Origin: Schmidtea polychroa
Lineage: Eukaryota
NCBI GenBank assembly: GCA_044892525.1
Contig: CM097887.1
Span: 144,376,397-144,440,396, forward strand
DNA: 64,000 bases
Direction: 5' to 3'
The translations under genes were made by a program, and so were the position numbers. The notes beneath the pieces are model-generated. The model was not told the origin of the DNA, ran no database searches, and saw nothing but the letters and a program-made list of their open reading frames with translations. Each line of letters starts with the position of its first letter. Position 1 is the stretch's first letter. This document shows, piece after piece, positions 28,301 to 39,025 of the stretch.

Positions 28301-31300
28301 TTAGAGGAAAATAAAATTATTACATTTGTTGGTATTCGGTTTATGATGAGTGTCAATGGCCGACATTTTGATTATAATATCATAAGAAATGCCGAAATTT
28401 AAAGTATATTATTAATTCAATGTTTTTATAAAATTTTGTCGTGGATCAAATATTAATTTTGCTTCTTTCTTTTGATATTTTATATCAATTTCTTTCCATA
28501 ATAAGTACTGTTAAAGTCGTTACTGATCCTGGTGCTTTTTGTCTCAGTTATTAAGATAAAACTCAACACAACATTTTATTAAAATATCAACAAATTTTGA
28601 TACAAAGTTCTCTCGAATACACTCTTTTTCTTCTGCACTCTTCAATATCAATGGAAAGCAGGTGACCCTAAAGGAGACCGCGTTTATCTGATTTCGCAAT
28701 GATTTTTCCCTTCTTACAAATTTGAATTTTCTACGCTCCTTATTCTTTAATTTGGGTATCGTAGATTCCTCTCTTTTACCAACTAGAATTTGCCTAACTT
28801 TTTTTACTTTTATAATGTTATTCATCCCAATTTATTTTTCAAATTTTTAATTAATTTTGAATATTTATAGGTTTTACCATTTTATCGATTTGCACATTTA
28901 ATATTTTCACATTCCAATTTATTTTGAGCTACCTAATACGAACCTCAATAGTTTTTAAGATGTATTTATAAATATTAATATTTTCAGATATTTGTGGTAT
29001 GTTGAAATTTGAAATTTTTGTCTCAGTTATTAAAAAATTGTTTTTGTTTTAATAATATATTTTTGAAACAACTTATGAATAAAGTTAAATATTCTACTAA
29101 CAATGAATGAGGTTCTTTGTGTATTAGTTTCTTATAAAGTATTTCCCAGCTATTTTGAGAGAATCAGTTCCACTTCTTCATCTTTCGATGTTCATTTTAC
29201 TGATTTTTATGTTAATTGATTGACCATTTTGTGAAATCTATATAGAACTTTAGCATTACATCTTTAGAATTAATATTTTCATTTTGATTAAATTAATTAT
29301 TTCAATTTTAAATTAGTTAAGGAAGAAAGTCCAGATGATACAAAGCAACCCAGTAAGCCAACATGGTAAGTTTAATATTTATTTACTTTTATTTCAAAAC
29401 AGATTTTTTATTCCAAAATATTAATTTTTCAATTTATTTACTTTCAATAGCCTTAAAGCATTAATTCTATGATGAAATTTTAGTTTCCTTAGCAAATAGA
29501 GTACTAAGTTCTCTAGGGTGAAAGATTAAAATATTTTTTTTATTACTATGTATGGTCAATCCTAACGTTAATTCGCGCCTGTGTGCGCGTTGGATTCGGA
29601 GATGGTGTTTGTTTTTTGTATGCGCACACAGACGCGATCAGTGTAATTTGGAGATTGTTTTTTATCGAATTTTGGAGATTTGAGTTTTCAATTTTTATTT
29701 TGGATTTTATATCAAGTTGTTTTAATAGTGTTAGTTTCGGTAAAGTTTGAAAATAAAGATTTTTTGTTGATTGGTTTAATTAATTTCGAAATGGAATTAT
29801 AATTGTATGGAGTTTAGAAGATGGCCAACAGAGTGATATATTATATGGACATTCAGAATCAATAGTGAAATTAATCAACGAAACTAACTCATTCCTTGTA
29901 AGTGTGGATTTATGTGATTATATAATCGAATGGAAATTAAATCTTGATCAAATGAAGTTGAATAAATTCAAATCAGTTGAAGGTTCAGAAATTATTGACT
30001 TTAAGCGGATAGTTGATCCATTATCCAAATATGATTTTCTATATATTCGAACAATAAAACTGGAACAGACGCAAGGAAATTTGGACACGAATCTCTATAA
30101 ATTGGTCTTTATGCTTGCCGTTATCCCCGAACATGAGTTATTACTATATGAGGAATCAAGTCAAAGGCTTGTAGCCGATGCTTCGAAAGAAGATGATGCT
30201 CAATACAAGAGCGAGTTTATCAGAGCCAACATGTTCCTTTCGACATTTAAACAATGTATTTTCATTGATTTCATGAAATAATGGCATTACACCATTCCTA
30301 TATTAGGTAGTATAGCAATATATGTCTTGGTGGTCTTAGTGATTATATATAGAATTCTCCAATTTTCATATATATTTTATTTATTAAAAAGATTGACTAT
30401 GAATCAGTATTGATATCGATGTTTTTTTTGATATTCACGAATTTTCGGCACTGCCTTTTTCAAGGGATTTGAATCATTATCTATTTATTTTGAAAATAAA
30501 GGAAAAAAATTAAATTATTTTTGACAAATAATCTATATTATAAAAATGAAAGTTTGTCTGTTTGTTTATCTGCCGGCCAGCAATTTACCATATAACGTAT
30601 ATACTAAATAGAAATAATATTTAAAATTGTAAAAAATTATACCATATAATGATCAGTAAGGAGAATTGATATATAAATTTAGTAAAATAATATATAAACA
30701 CATATATTAAATTACCATATTAAACATAGTAAGGATTTGGACATAGCCGTTTGTTATTTTCCCGCCGATTCCGGATACCATCTGGATAGTTCCGTATAGA
30801 ACCAGTTAAGCATAGTCACATAAATTTGTATTTTAATATTAATTGTAGATGTATTTTTTGTTTAAAGGTCGCTAGATAGTAGCCTAGAATCTAGAATGAT
30901 GACCAAATCAAATTGACAAGAAAACCTTTTTTTTATAAAAATGTGACAACATTAATTGACGATCGTTAAACTAGAATTACTAACTTGTTTCGAGTTTTCA
31001 GCTGTTTAACATTTTTTTTTGATGAATGTTGAGCATCCACGAATGTGTTGTTTTATGTTTATGTCCGCTGATTTTTATACTGTGTTACCTACAGATATTT
31101 TTGTATCATTTTAATTGTTAAAAACACGTTCTTTTTGTTATTTGGATCGGTCTTTCGCGTTGGTGCTGATGCTGATTAATCGGTTTGGTCAAAATCCGAC
31201 AGAAACCAACTTCCGGATAAAAAGTCGGTTATGCCCTAGTAAGGATAAATGACAGACGCGATGTTTGATATGAAATAATTTATAAAAAATAGCAAATCAA

Positions 31301-33883
31301 ATAATTTAAATTAAATAAAAATTTAGTAATAATTTTGTATGACCATTAAAATATAATGCCTGAGAACGAAAAAGGAAAGTTACTAAAATTAGAGATGTCA
31401 GAAGAAGGAAAACAACAATTACGAGAAGCTGATAGAATTCTTAAATCAAATAAAAAAGAAATGAAACAGTCGAAGAAAGAGAATCAAGATCAAATTAAAC
31501 ATGAAATATCAAGGAAAAGTGAAACAGAAGAAGAGAAAATCGAAATTAAATTATCAAAAATTGAGACAAGATTAATGTGTATGAAAGAGAACTGAGATTA
31601 AGTATAAATCAACTTAAGCATGAAATTTAAAGACATCAGAACGGTGGAATAGAGAGAATTGAGAATTAGTGGTCAAAGATTAAGACAAGGAAGTCTTAGG
31701 GCCAAGAATTGGTTGTATTTGAATGAAAAAGGGTTCTTTTATGATCCTTCTGAAAAATACTCAACATATCCACAAATTGATCTCGGTAAAATGGCTACTG
31801 TTTGTAAATATTGTAGTGCTCTAAAATTTGAAGGTGAAACATTAGGTTTATGTTGTACGGGAAGGAAGATAAGTTTGTTAGATTTATTGAAATAACCTGA
31901 GCCTTTAAAAAGTCTAATCAGTGGTAAGTACTCGAAGTCGAAAGATTTTTTTTAAAATGTGAGAAGATACAATAATAGTTTTCAAACGACTTCATTCGGA
32001 TCTAATGCTCCCATTTTAGATAAAATCGACCTATATGAAATGGATAACAAGTCCGAAATTTCCTTTTCTTCTTCCTCTTCCTCTTTCTATATGTCCTTGC
32101 AATTATACTTTTTACGAACTTCTTGTAAGACTTGAGATTTAAATTTTTTTAGAATTAGTAACCATTTAATGTTTCATTTTTTATGTATTATTTATGTATT
32201 TATACCATTATGGTTTCAGTATCAGACAACTCTCTGTGCAGGCCATGCAAGAATCTGAAACTGAATCCAGTCCTCGATTATGCATAGTTGAAGAAACTAC
32301 AAATTTGGTAGTCTTGTGCATTTTGTATTTTGTATTAAATATGTTTATAGGAACCTGTAAACTTTGATAAAAAATCTTCAGAATCAGATGAAGAAATAGA
32401 CGTTGTTAACACGGATAGTGATGATGACAGACTTCCTTTGCAAAGGTTTGAGACATAAGTTTTATTTCACTTTTAATATGATTACAAAATTTTTTCAGAA
32501 TTCCAGAAGTTAATTATTCAAACGNNNNNNNNNNNNNNNNNNNNNNNNNNNNNNNNNNNNNNNNNNNNNNNNNNNNNNNNNNNNNNNNNNNNNNNNNNNN
32601 NNNNNNNNNNNNNNNNNNNNNNNNNNNNNNNNNNNNNNNNNNNNNNNNNNNNNNNNNNNNNNNNNNNNNNNNNNNNNNNNNNNNNNNNNNNNNNNNNNNN
32701 NNNNNNNNNNNNNNNNNNNNNNNNNNNNNNNNNNNNNNNNNNNNNNNNNNNNNNNNNNNNNNNNNNNNNNNNNNNNNNNNNNNNNNNNNNNNNNNNNNNN
32801 NNNNNNNNNNNNNNNNNNNNNNNNNNNNNNNNNNNNNNNNNNNNNNNNNNNNNNNNNNNNNNNNNNNNNNNNNNNNNNNNNNNNNNNNNNNNNNNNNNNN
32901 NNNNNNTATTGAAGTCAATATACCAATTATTTAGAGGCGCAAGCTTGATGAAAGTGATAGTAACCAAATGGATGGCAAACGAATGAAAGAAGTCGAAAAA
33001 TGTGTCCATTTACATGCGCCAAATATAAATGCAAAAGACCTTATGCAGGTATGTTGCATCTCCCCTTATTATGAATGATATAAACTTATAGGACTGCCCG
33101 CTCAATCTTTCTGCCAATCGTCAGCCTACAATTCCTCCAGTTTCTCAAATTTCCGATATATCAGTTCTGCAGAATATATATCAGAGTATATCTCCATCGA
33201 CTGTAAATATATCATTGAATAATGCCGCCAATATTGGCGAAGTCAATTCACCTATTAATGCTCTAACCAATCATAATCCAGCTCATCCGCAGTCTTTTCA
33301 AAATATCATATCCAGCTCGTCATTGCCCACCAATGGTCATCATCACCATGATTATCCAATATTCGAGGACAAAATCGCTTGCGACGTCTGTGGCCAGTCA
33401 CTCGACCCGAGCATGCTCAATCTCCACAAAAACATGCACATATACACAAATAGCAAAGATTCCCATTCTCATGTCAATAATAACAATAATAGCAACAGCA
33501 GCAACAACAGCAACAACAGCAACAGCAACAACAATAACAATAATATTACTAAATCAGGATATTCAGCTACTATTTCCAGCGGTTCATCAAGCCTATCTTC
33601 AAAGATTCCATTTAACAAACCCAGAACATATAAATGCGTTGTATGTAACACTGGATTCCGCGTTATTGGGCATTTACGCAAGCACCACAAATCCAAAAGT
33701 CATCTTCAAGGACTCGTCAATTCCGGTCTCCTTAGTAAAGCACTTTTCACCAAAATTGAACAATCAAAAGTTCCTATCCAAGAAGTGATTGACCAAAAAA
33801 CGGGCAATATCATTCCCGATGTGTTGAGTCGGTATATATCTAATTGGAGCCAATCTAACACTGACAATGAACCTCACCATTAA
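7382..33883 (+). CDS. shn: Schnurri/HIVEP-like C2H2 zinc-finger transcription factor (multi-exon)
   Basis: Phase-consistent GT-AG exon chain: 7382-7451, 13684-13993, 15815-15868, 18401-18542, 18601-18814, (gap)-26142, 26185-26304, 26353-26519, 26803-27331, 29317-29365, 32220-32307, 32351-32445, 32499-(gap), 32935-33048, 33092-33883. Has the Shn/HIVEP N-terminal finger pair and a Shn-type C-terminal finger. Some splice sites have nearby alternatives. Confidence 0.8.
9700..10400 (+). pseudogene. piggyBac (PGBD4-like) transposase remnant
   Basis: [48 protein letters not shown] and a decayed Cys-rich tail; stops and frameshifts. Confidence 0.8.
11753..11820. repeat. Four perfect copies of the 17-bp unit gctcgggtttcctatta
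   Basis: Direct reading; two partial ctcgggtt units lie just upstream. Confidence 0.9.
12289..13000 (+). pseudogene. Degenerate Ty3/Gypsy gag with decayed zinc knuckle
   Basis: [32 protein letters not shown], then RVFVVGL and YGCGKSGHF; broken frames. Confidence 0.55.
13684..13993 (+). CDS. shn: shn exon with AT-hook-like GRPRK and N-terminal zinc-finger pair
   Basis: [55 protein letters not shown] matches the HIVEP/Shn ZF1-2 signature (KPSVL.KH, FKTKSNL.KH). Confidence 0.9.
15480..15523. repeat. Four copies of the 11-bp unit gcacattgtat
   Basis: Direct reading. Confidence 0.9.
17130..18140 (-). mobile_element. Penelope-like element remnant (RT region to GIY-YIG region)
   Basis: [24 protein letters not shown] and [12 protein letters not shown] motifs; clearly related to 45620-46260. 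Confidence 0.7.
20806..20937 (-). repeat. 3' LTR remnant of the intronic Gypsy element
   Basis: Matches 24427-24558 (130/132) and abuts the truncated integrase, implying deletion of the IN C-terminus, PPT and LTR start. Confidence 0.75.
20924..21292 (-). pseudogene. Truncated integrase (HHCC finger and first catalytic D)
   Basis: IHRLLCH...CEIC; IFVDICGPL; ends at the LTR junction. Confidence 0.85.
21313..23034 (-). pseudogene. RT-RNase H of the intronic Gypsy element
   Basis: [44 protein letters not shown]. Confidence 0.9.
23046..24427 (-). pseudogene. gag (frameshifted, four CCHC knuckles) and aspartic protease
   Basis: [56 protein letters not shown]; [10 protein letters not shown]. Confidence 0.85.
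24414..24426 (-). promoter_or_regulatory. Primer-binding site, tRNA-Leu-like
   Basis: TGGTGACAGCGGT directly follows the 5' LTR end and resembles the TGGTGGCAGCGGT Leu PBS; tRNA assignment is inference. Confidence 0.65.
24427..24658 (-). repeat. 5' LTR (232 bp) with TA...TA termini
   Basis: Begins TATGAGGAAG and ends CCTCCTAATA (8/10 inverted match); ataaa flanks both element ends. The outer boundary is less certain. Confidence 0.55.
27419..27861. mobile_element. hAT-type MITE, copy 2
   Basis: Perfect TIR CAGGGCCGG/CCGGCCCTG; 8-bp flanks cagctatc/tagctatg match 6/8. Confidence 0.75.
29818..30281 (+). other. Orphan open frame with a WD40-like repeat inside a shn intron
   Basis: [33 protein letters not shown]; upstream tttag acceptor; splice phase does not fit shn. 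Confidence 0.3.
30532..32000 (+). mobile_element. Helitron 5' fragment
   Basis: A|TCTATATTATAAAAATG...TGTCTGTTTG 5' end; [18 protein letters not shown] and [14 protein letters not shown] match the Helitron Rep N-terminal region; no 3' CTRR end seen. Confidence 0.7.
33092..33883 (+). CDS. shn: shn terminal exon: PLNLS motif, two C-terminal zinc fingers separated by an Asn/Ser-rich linker
   Basis: CDVC...[11 protein letters not shown] (33380-33439) and [23 protein letters not shown] (33635-33703); in frame with the acceptor at 33091. Confidence 0.85.
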   Translation, partial: DCPLNLSANRQPTIPPVSQISDISVLQNIYQSISPSTVNISLNNAANIGEVNSPINALTNHNPAHPQSFQNIISSSSLPTNGHHHHDYPIFEDKIACDVCGQSLDPSMLNLHKNMHIYTNSKDSHSHVNNNNNSNSSNNSNNSNSNNNNNNITKSGYSATISSGSSSLSSKIPFNKPRTYKCVVCNTGFRVIGHLRKHHKSKSHLQGLVNSGLLSKALFTKIEQSKVPIQEVIDQKTGNIIPDVLSRYISNWSQSNTDNEPHH

Positions 33884-34197
33884 CAAGTTTTTGTACATAT
33901 TTATACAATACATTTCTATTTTCAATCCTACCTATTAATAACTATTACATCATCATCCTCATCCGGTAGGAATTCAAATAAATTTCCAATATAAAGTAAA
34001 AGCAAAAGATGATTTAAGAATTGTTGTGTCGCTGTACAATGGAAGAGGTAACTACTATAACTTTATTAGAGGAATGTTCAGCTAACTAATCTGCATCTGA
34101 CCTTATACAACATAAAAAACAAAGATTAGGTAAATCATAAATCTGTTTGAAATCAGTTTTCCCATTAAAAAAGAACTCCGATTACATTGTCTTACAT

Positions 34198-37100
34198 CAT
34201 TGGTGGTCAAGCTTATTTTTACTTGGGCGCAAAAATGAAATTTACATGATTCAGAGGGCCACAAAAAATTTTTTTTTCAATCATATTAAAAAGTTTAAAA
34301 TCCAAATATGTAATACAATTGATGGAAATTAATAATTAAATTTTAATTCATTTTTAATTCAGTCTTGNNNNNNNNNNNNNNNNNNNNNNNNNNNNNNNNN
34401 NNNNNNNNNNNNNNNNNNNNNNNNNNNNNNNNNNNNNNNNNNNNNNNNNNNNNNNNNNNNNNNNNNNNNNNNNNNNNNNNNNNNNNNNNNNNNNNNNNNN
34501 NNNNNNNNNNNNNNNNNNNNNNNNNNNNNNNNNNNNNNNNNNNNNNNNNNNNNNNNNNNNNNNNNNNNNNNNNNNNGCGTGGAAGATGCCAGTTTTGTAA
34601 TATTTGGTTCTATTTTTGACGTTGCAATTATTAAAATATCCCGCAAATGACTATCTGATAGTTTATTTCTGTTATTCGTTTTTACATTTTTCAATTTTGA
34701 ATAAGTTTGTTCACATATGCATGAGCTGCCAAAAATTGACAACATTTCTGATACAAATATTCTCAGTTTAGGAAAATCTTTTTTCGATAGTCCTTTATAA
34801 AACTCTACCAATGTTTTTTCAGTGAAACTTACTTTCAAACTATTGGTACTCTGTAACTGGCAAAGCTCAAGCTGTACATCTGAAAATGCTTCATCGACGT
34901 CAAATGTAAAAGGATTTTCAAATAGTGTTATTTCATTTGATATATTGATATATTTGATATACAGTAAACCAACTCCAACTGCGCGGTAGATACGTTCCAC
35001 AAAAACAACGCGCAAACCGAAACCGCGCACTGTGAACCCGATTTTATATGTAATTATGGGGTTAGGTTCCAGATATTACAAAAATAACAAAAAATATAAT
35101 AAAAAGTCTTTATTCAACGACTAATATACATATTTACATTTATATAAACATAAAAACTAATAAAAACAGTCTCAATTCATTGCTTTTACATAATTAATAT
35201 TACTATTATAAAAATTAATAAAAATTTAACATAAATAAAAATTATAAAAAACAATACAAGAATTAAAAAACAGTCTCAATTCAACGACTAAACATAAATA
35301 AAAATTAACATAAGTAACGTTATATTAATCACTGCTACATGCTGATGAGCTTGATTCTATTGGCTGTGATTGTATAATTTTTTGAAAAAAGCTTGTTAAC
35401 ACTGATTGCTTACCAGCTTTTTGTTTTTCTTTATAAATTTCAGCATATGGTGCTAAAGCTGCTGTCAGATTTCTCCGAAATTTTAAGGCACGCTCCATAT
35501 CAGGGTCTATATTAAGAGCGGGATTCACCATAAAAAATTAAATTGACATGATCTTTCTTGTTAAAATAGACAAAAACAAAAAAAACCGCGCAGCTACGAA
35601 ATTTTTAGCGCGCAGATCGAAATTTTGGTATTAAAGGTTTGGCCGCGCAATTGCGAAACCGCGCAGTTGGAAGGTTTACTGTATATCATATTGATATATT
35701 TGAAAAGCTGTCTTCCATATTTCTTATCAATAATTTTATTGTATCACTGAATATATTAATTGGTATATTGGTTTTTAGTTCACCGGATTTTTTTAAAGTA
35801 TCGCAAATTTTGAAATGCTGGAAATTATTCTCAGATATTTGTCTTTGAAATAGTGTTAATGTTGTTGAAAAGCTTTGCACGTTTGAATATAGCTCGCTAA
35901 CTGATTTAATATTGCCTTGCCTTTTATTAATATATTTGTTCATATGATCAACCAAATCCGTTAAAAATGCTAATTTCCACAACCAAACATCATCTTCAAG
36001 CTCAGGAATTAAATCATTTTTTTCATTACAAAATGTGATTATTTCTTTTCGTAGGTTGAAAAAACGTAATAATACTTTACCTTTACTTAGCTATCTAACT
36101 TCAGCGAAATAAATAACGTCGTCCCATTCTGCATCAGTTTCATCCAAAAAATTTCTAAATTCTCGATGGTTAAGTTTGTTGTGTCGTATGAAATTGACAG
36201 TAGAAATAACGATTTTCATAACATCTTCAAACTTCAAAGTTTTTTCCAATAAATTATATTGATGTATATGTAGTGCAAATATAAAGGTTTTGTCAATCCT
36301 AATGAAGTTAATTTTTCATTAATTTTTGCCTTGAGTCCAATATTGTCACCGGTCATACTTCGCGCTCCATCCGTTGTAACATTAAATAGGTTCTCTCAAT
36401 TTAATTGCAATTTTTCGAAACACATTTTTATACTATCAAATATATGTTGTCCTGTTGTTGATCCATATAATGAAGACACTTCTGCTAGCTCTTCTGTTAT
36501 ATTCAAATCGCAATCCACACCTCTTATGAAAATAAGTAATTGCGCTGTATCTACCACATCAGTGCTTTCATCAAAAGCAATAGAAAAATTCTGAAATGTT
36601 TTAATTCGATCTTTAAGTTGTATATTGATATTTTCAGAAATTTGTTCAGTTCTTTTAGTCACGGTATTTCTGGAAAGCGAAATATTTTCAAAAAGTTTAA
36701 CTTTTTCTGGAAGGATAGTCGATACTGCATCAATTATGCATTTTTTTATAAATTCGCCGTCATTAAATGGTCTGCCTGAGGCAGCAATAAGGTGAGAAAG
36801 TTTAAATTCAACTGTAACACAAGCTAAGTTTTATTCATTTTTTGTGATGAACAATTTTTGTTGCATCGACAGTGAATTTGTAAAATATTTCAGTTTTTCA
36901 ATACGCTCATCTTTAGTACGTACATCTAGACTTTTATGATTAGTTTCATAGTGACACCTAATATTATATTCTTTCATAACTGAAATTGTAGTTTGGCATA
37001 TCAAACAAGTAATGGCATTTTTTTGCTTTTCCGGAATACAAAAGTATTTTGTTTTCCATATTTCCTGGAAATTTCTGGTTTCATCATCAATTTTTCTTTT

Positions 37101-37620
37101 CTCATTAAATGCCATTAGGAAATTTGAGTTTCCATTTGACTACTAAATAATATGTTTTTTTATCTCTAATTAGAAAATAAAAAAATTACCTTACCTAAGT
37201 ATAAATTTAAAAACTAACAGATTTTTTTCACTTTTTAAAAAGTTAAGAAGAAAGTAATTTAAATGCTGCGGCCTTTTCCGCAGATTATTAAAACAACTAT
37301 AAAACTTAAAACTTTTGAGAATTTTCTCCTAACTACGGCGCAAAAAATATATATAAGTACATGGAATACAATAACTGTACAAATTCAAAAATTCTTTTAC
37401 CAGCATGCTTTGCCACAAGTTTTCGAAATAAATTTTAGAACATATTTTTTCTTATTTTTATTTTGATATTAAAAAATAAAAATGGTAAATTTTTTTTTCG
37501 TTTTGAAAAAAAAATTAAATTTATGTATAAAATTACATGATTTATTAAACGCTTCGAGGGCCAAAGAATTGAAGCTGACGGGCCAGATTTGGCCTTTGGG
37601 CCGTAGTTTGGGCATCACTG
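34198..37620 (-). mobile_element. hAT transposon (SPIN/Charlie/GTF2IRD2-like), disrupted
   Basis: TIRs CAGTGATGCCCAAAC / CATTGGTGGTCAAGC; perfect 8-bp TSD TCTTACAT (34190-34197, 37621-37628); motifs CLICQ..KEYNIRCHYETNH, FSIAFDESTD, LAFLTDL, FGSSCICEQTYS. Confidence 0.92.
34962..35681. mobile_element. Tigger/pogo non-autonomous element nested in the hAT transposase
   Basis: TIR CAGTAAACC..CCAACTGCGCGGT at both ends, TA flanks; internal DPDMERALKFRRNL...YKEKQK..QSVLTSFFQK resembles a Tigger C-terminus. Confidence 0.85.
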
Positions 37621-38149
37621 TCTTACATCGTTCCTGCAATGGTCCGCACTAAATACGAGGCAGGAAATATATTTTTGCATATGATTATGAAGATCGGCAA
37701 AATATTACACAATTTATAAACGATATCTCCAGATAATTGAAGTATGAAATAAACCAACTGCATTCTATAGAATCACTACCAAAGAATCACCGTACAATAA
37801 ACTAATAATAATAAATCTAGCAAAAGATAAAATCATACTCAAAACATAATTCGCTAGTAGATGCAATTTAATTAAAGATAGATTATCTTTCCTGGAAGTA
37901 TCTTTCGTCAGCAAAGATACGAGAATAAGGATGCCTATTTAGAGAATATAAATAGTATGATAAATCATTAATCATATTTTGAAACATTTTTGAAAGCAGT
38001 CACTTATGAAAGATAAATGAAAAAATTCTTTATTTGCTTTCAAAAAAATATAATATAACAAACAAATAATATTAAAACAAACGTTAAATAAAGTTTTTGT
38101 TTAAGTCTATTTAATTCTTTTCAAAATTAATCCAAAATTCTATTTGTTC

Positions 38150-38400
38150 CAAAACCACTGATGGAAGATCACCACAAGAATACTTTAGAGTTTAGATCTG
38201 TAGATAATGTGGCAGAAAATTCGATTTCTTAAGGTCATGTTTTGAAAGGATCAAAATATTCTTTCCGTGGTTGACCTTGGGAATGCATGTTATCGAATCG
38301 AATTATAGGAATGAAGAATAAGAAATATTGTTTTAATAGAACGTCTTTGGAATGGAGTCGGCACAGGGAACCTTTTGGTACCTTGGAAGGCGCTTACAGG
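38150..38400 (+). pseudogene. Highly decayed Gypsy RT fragment
   Basis: SVVDLGNACYRIEL resembles [14 protein letters not shown] of the 21313-23034 RT. Confidence 0.4.
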
Positions 38401-38793
38401 ATTTCATTAGTAATTACACTAAATAAGTAGTATATTAATGGTATTTTAATTTTTCCAAAAATTTAGAAGGTCTATCGATTATTAGAAAAATTTCTCAAAA
38501 AATAGAGAAAGTGAGATTAAAATTAAAATCATTAAATTATTGCGTTTCCATGGTCAGTTGCCTTTGTCATTGACCCTTAACCAGTAGATGGATTGGCCAC
38601 CACTGGGTAACCCCATGCTAAGGATTTCCCCCTTAAAATTCCTAGTATTTTTATGTAGGTCAAGTCGACTTTAAAAACAGGTCACCGCTGGATTATTGTA
38701 GGTCAAATCAAAAATAAGTAGGTCAAACAAAATTAATTATTTTTAACAATTTCAAATGTTTTTCACGAACTTTTTCAGTTTTATGTAAATTAA

Positions 38794-39025
38794 CCCTTAA
38801 TTGCATTGTGTAGCAAATTTGCAACATACCAGAATTTCACGTTTAGATCGCCTAAAATAAATAAGAACTAATCATTTCATAGTGTTGCTTGTGAGCTTCA
38901 AAGCTGTTTAAAGGATATTAAATTTTACAACAGATTTTTTAAATTATTTTTATAATAATATATTCAGTCAAAGGAACGTTATTTTATTTTATTCAAACTA
39001 AATAAAAGAATCATGCAATTAAGGG
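38794..39025. mobile_element. piggyBac-type MITE (232 bp)
   Basis: Perfect 13-bp TIR CCCTTAATTGCAT/ATGCAATTAAGGG with TTAA on both sides. Confidence 0.85.

Noticed and set aside
28024-28825. Short ORFs as transposase remnants
   Set aside because: No recognisable family motif.
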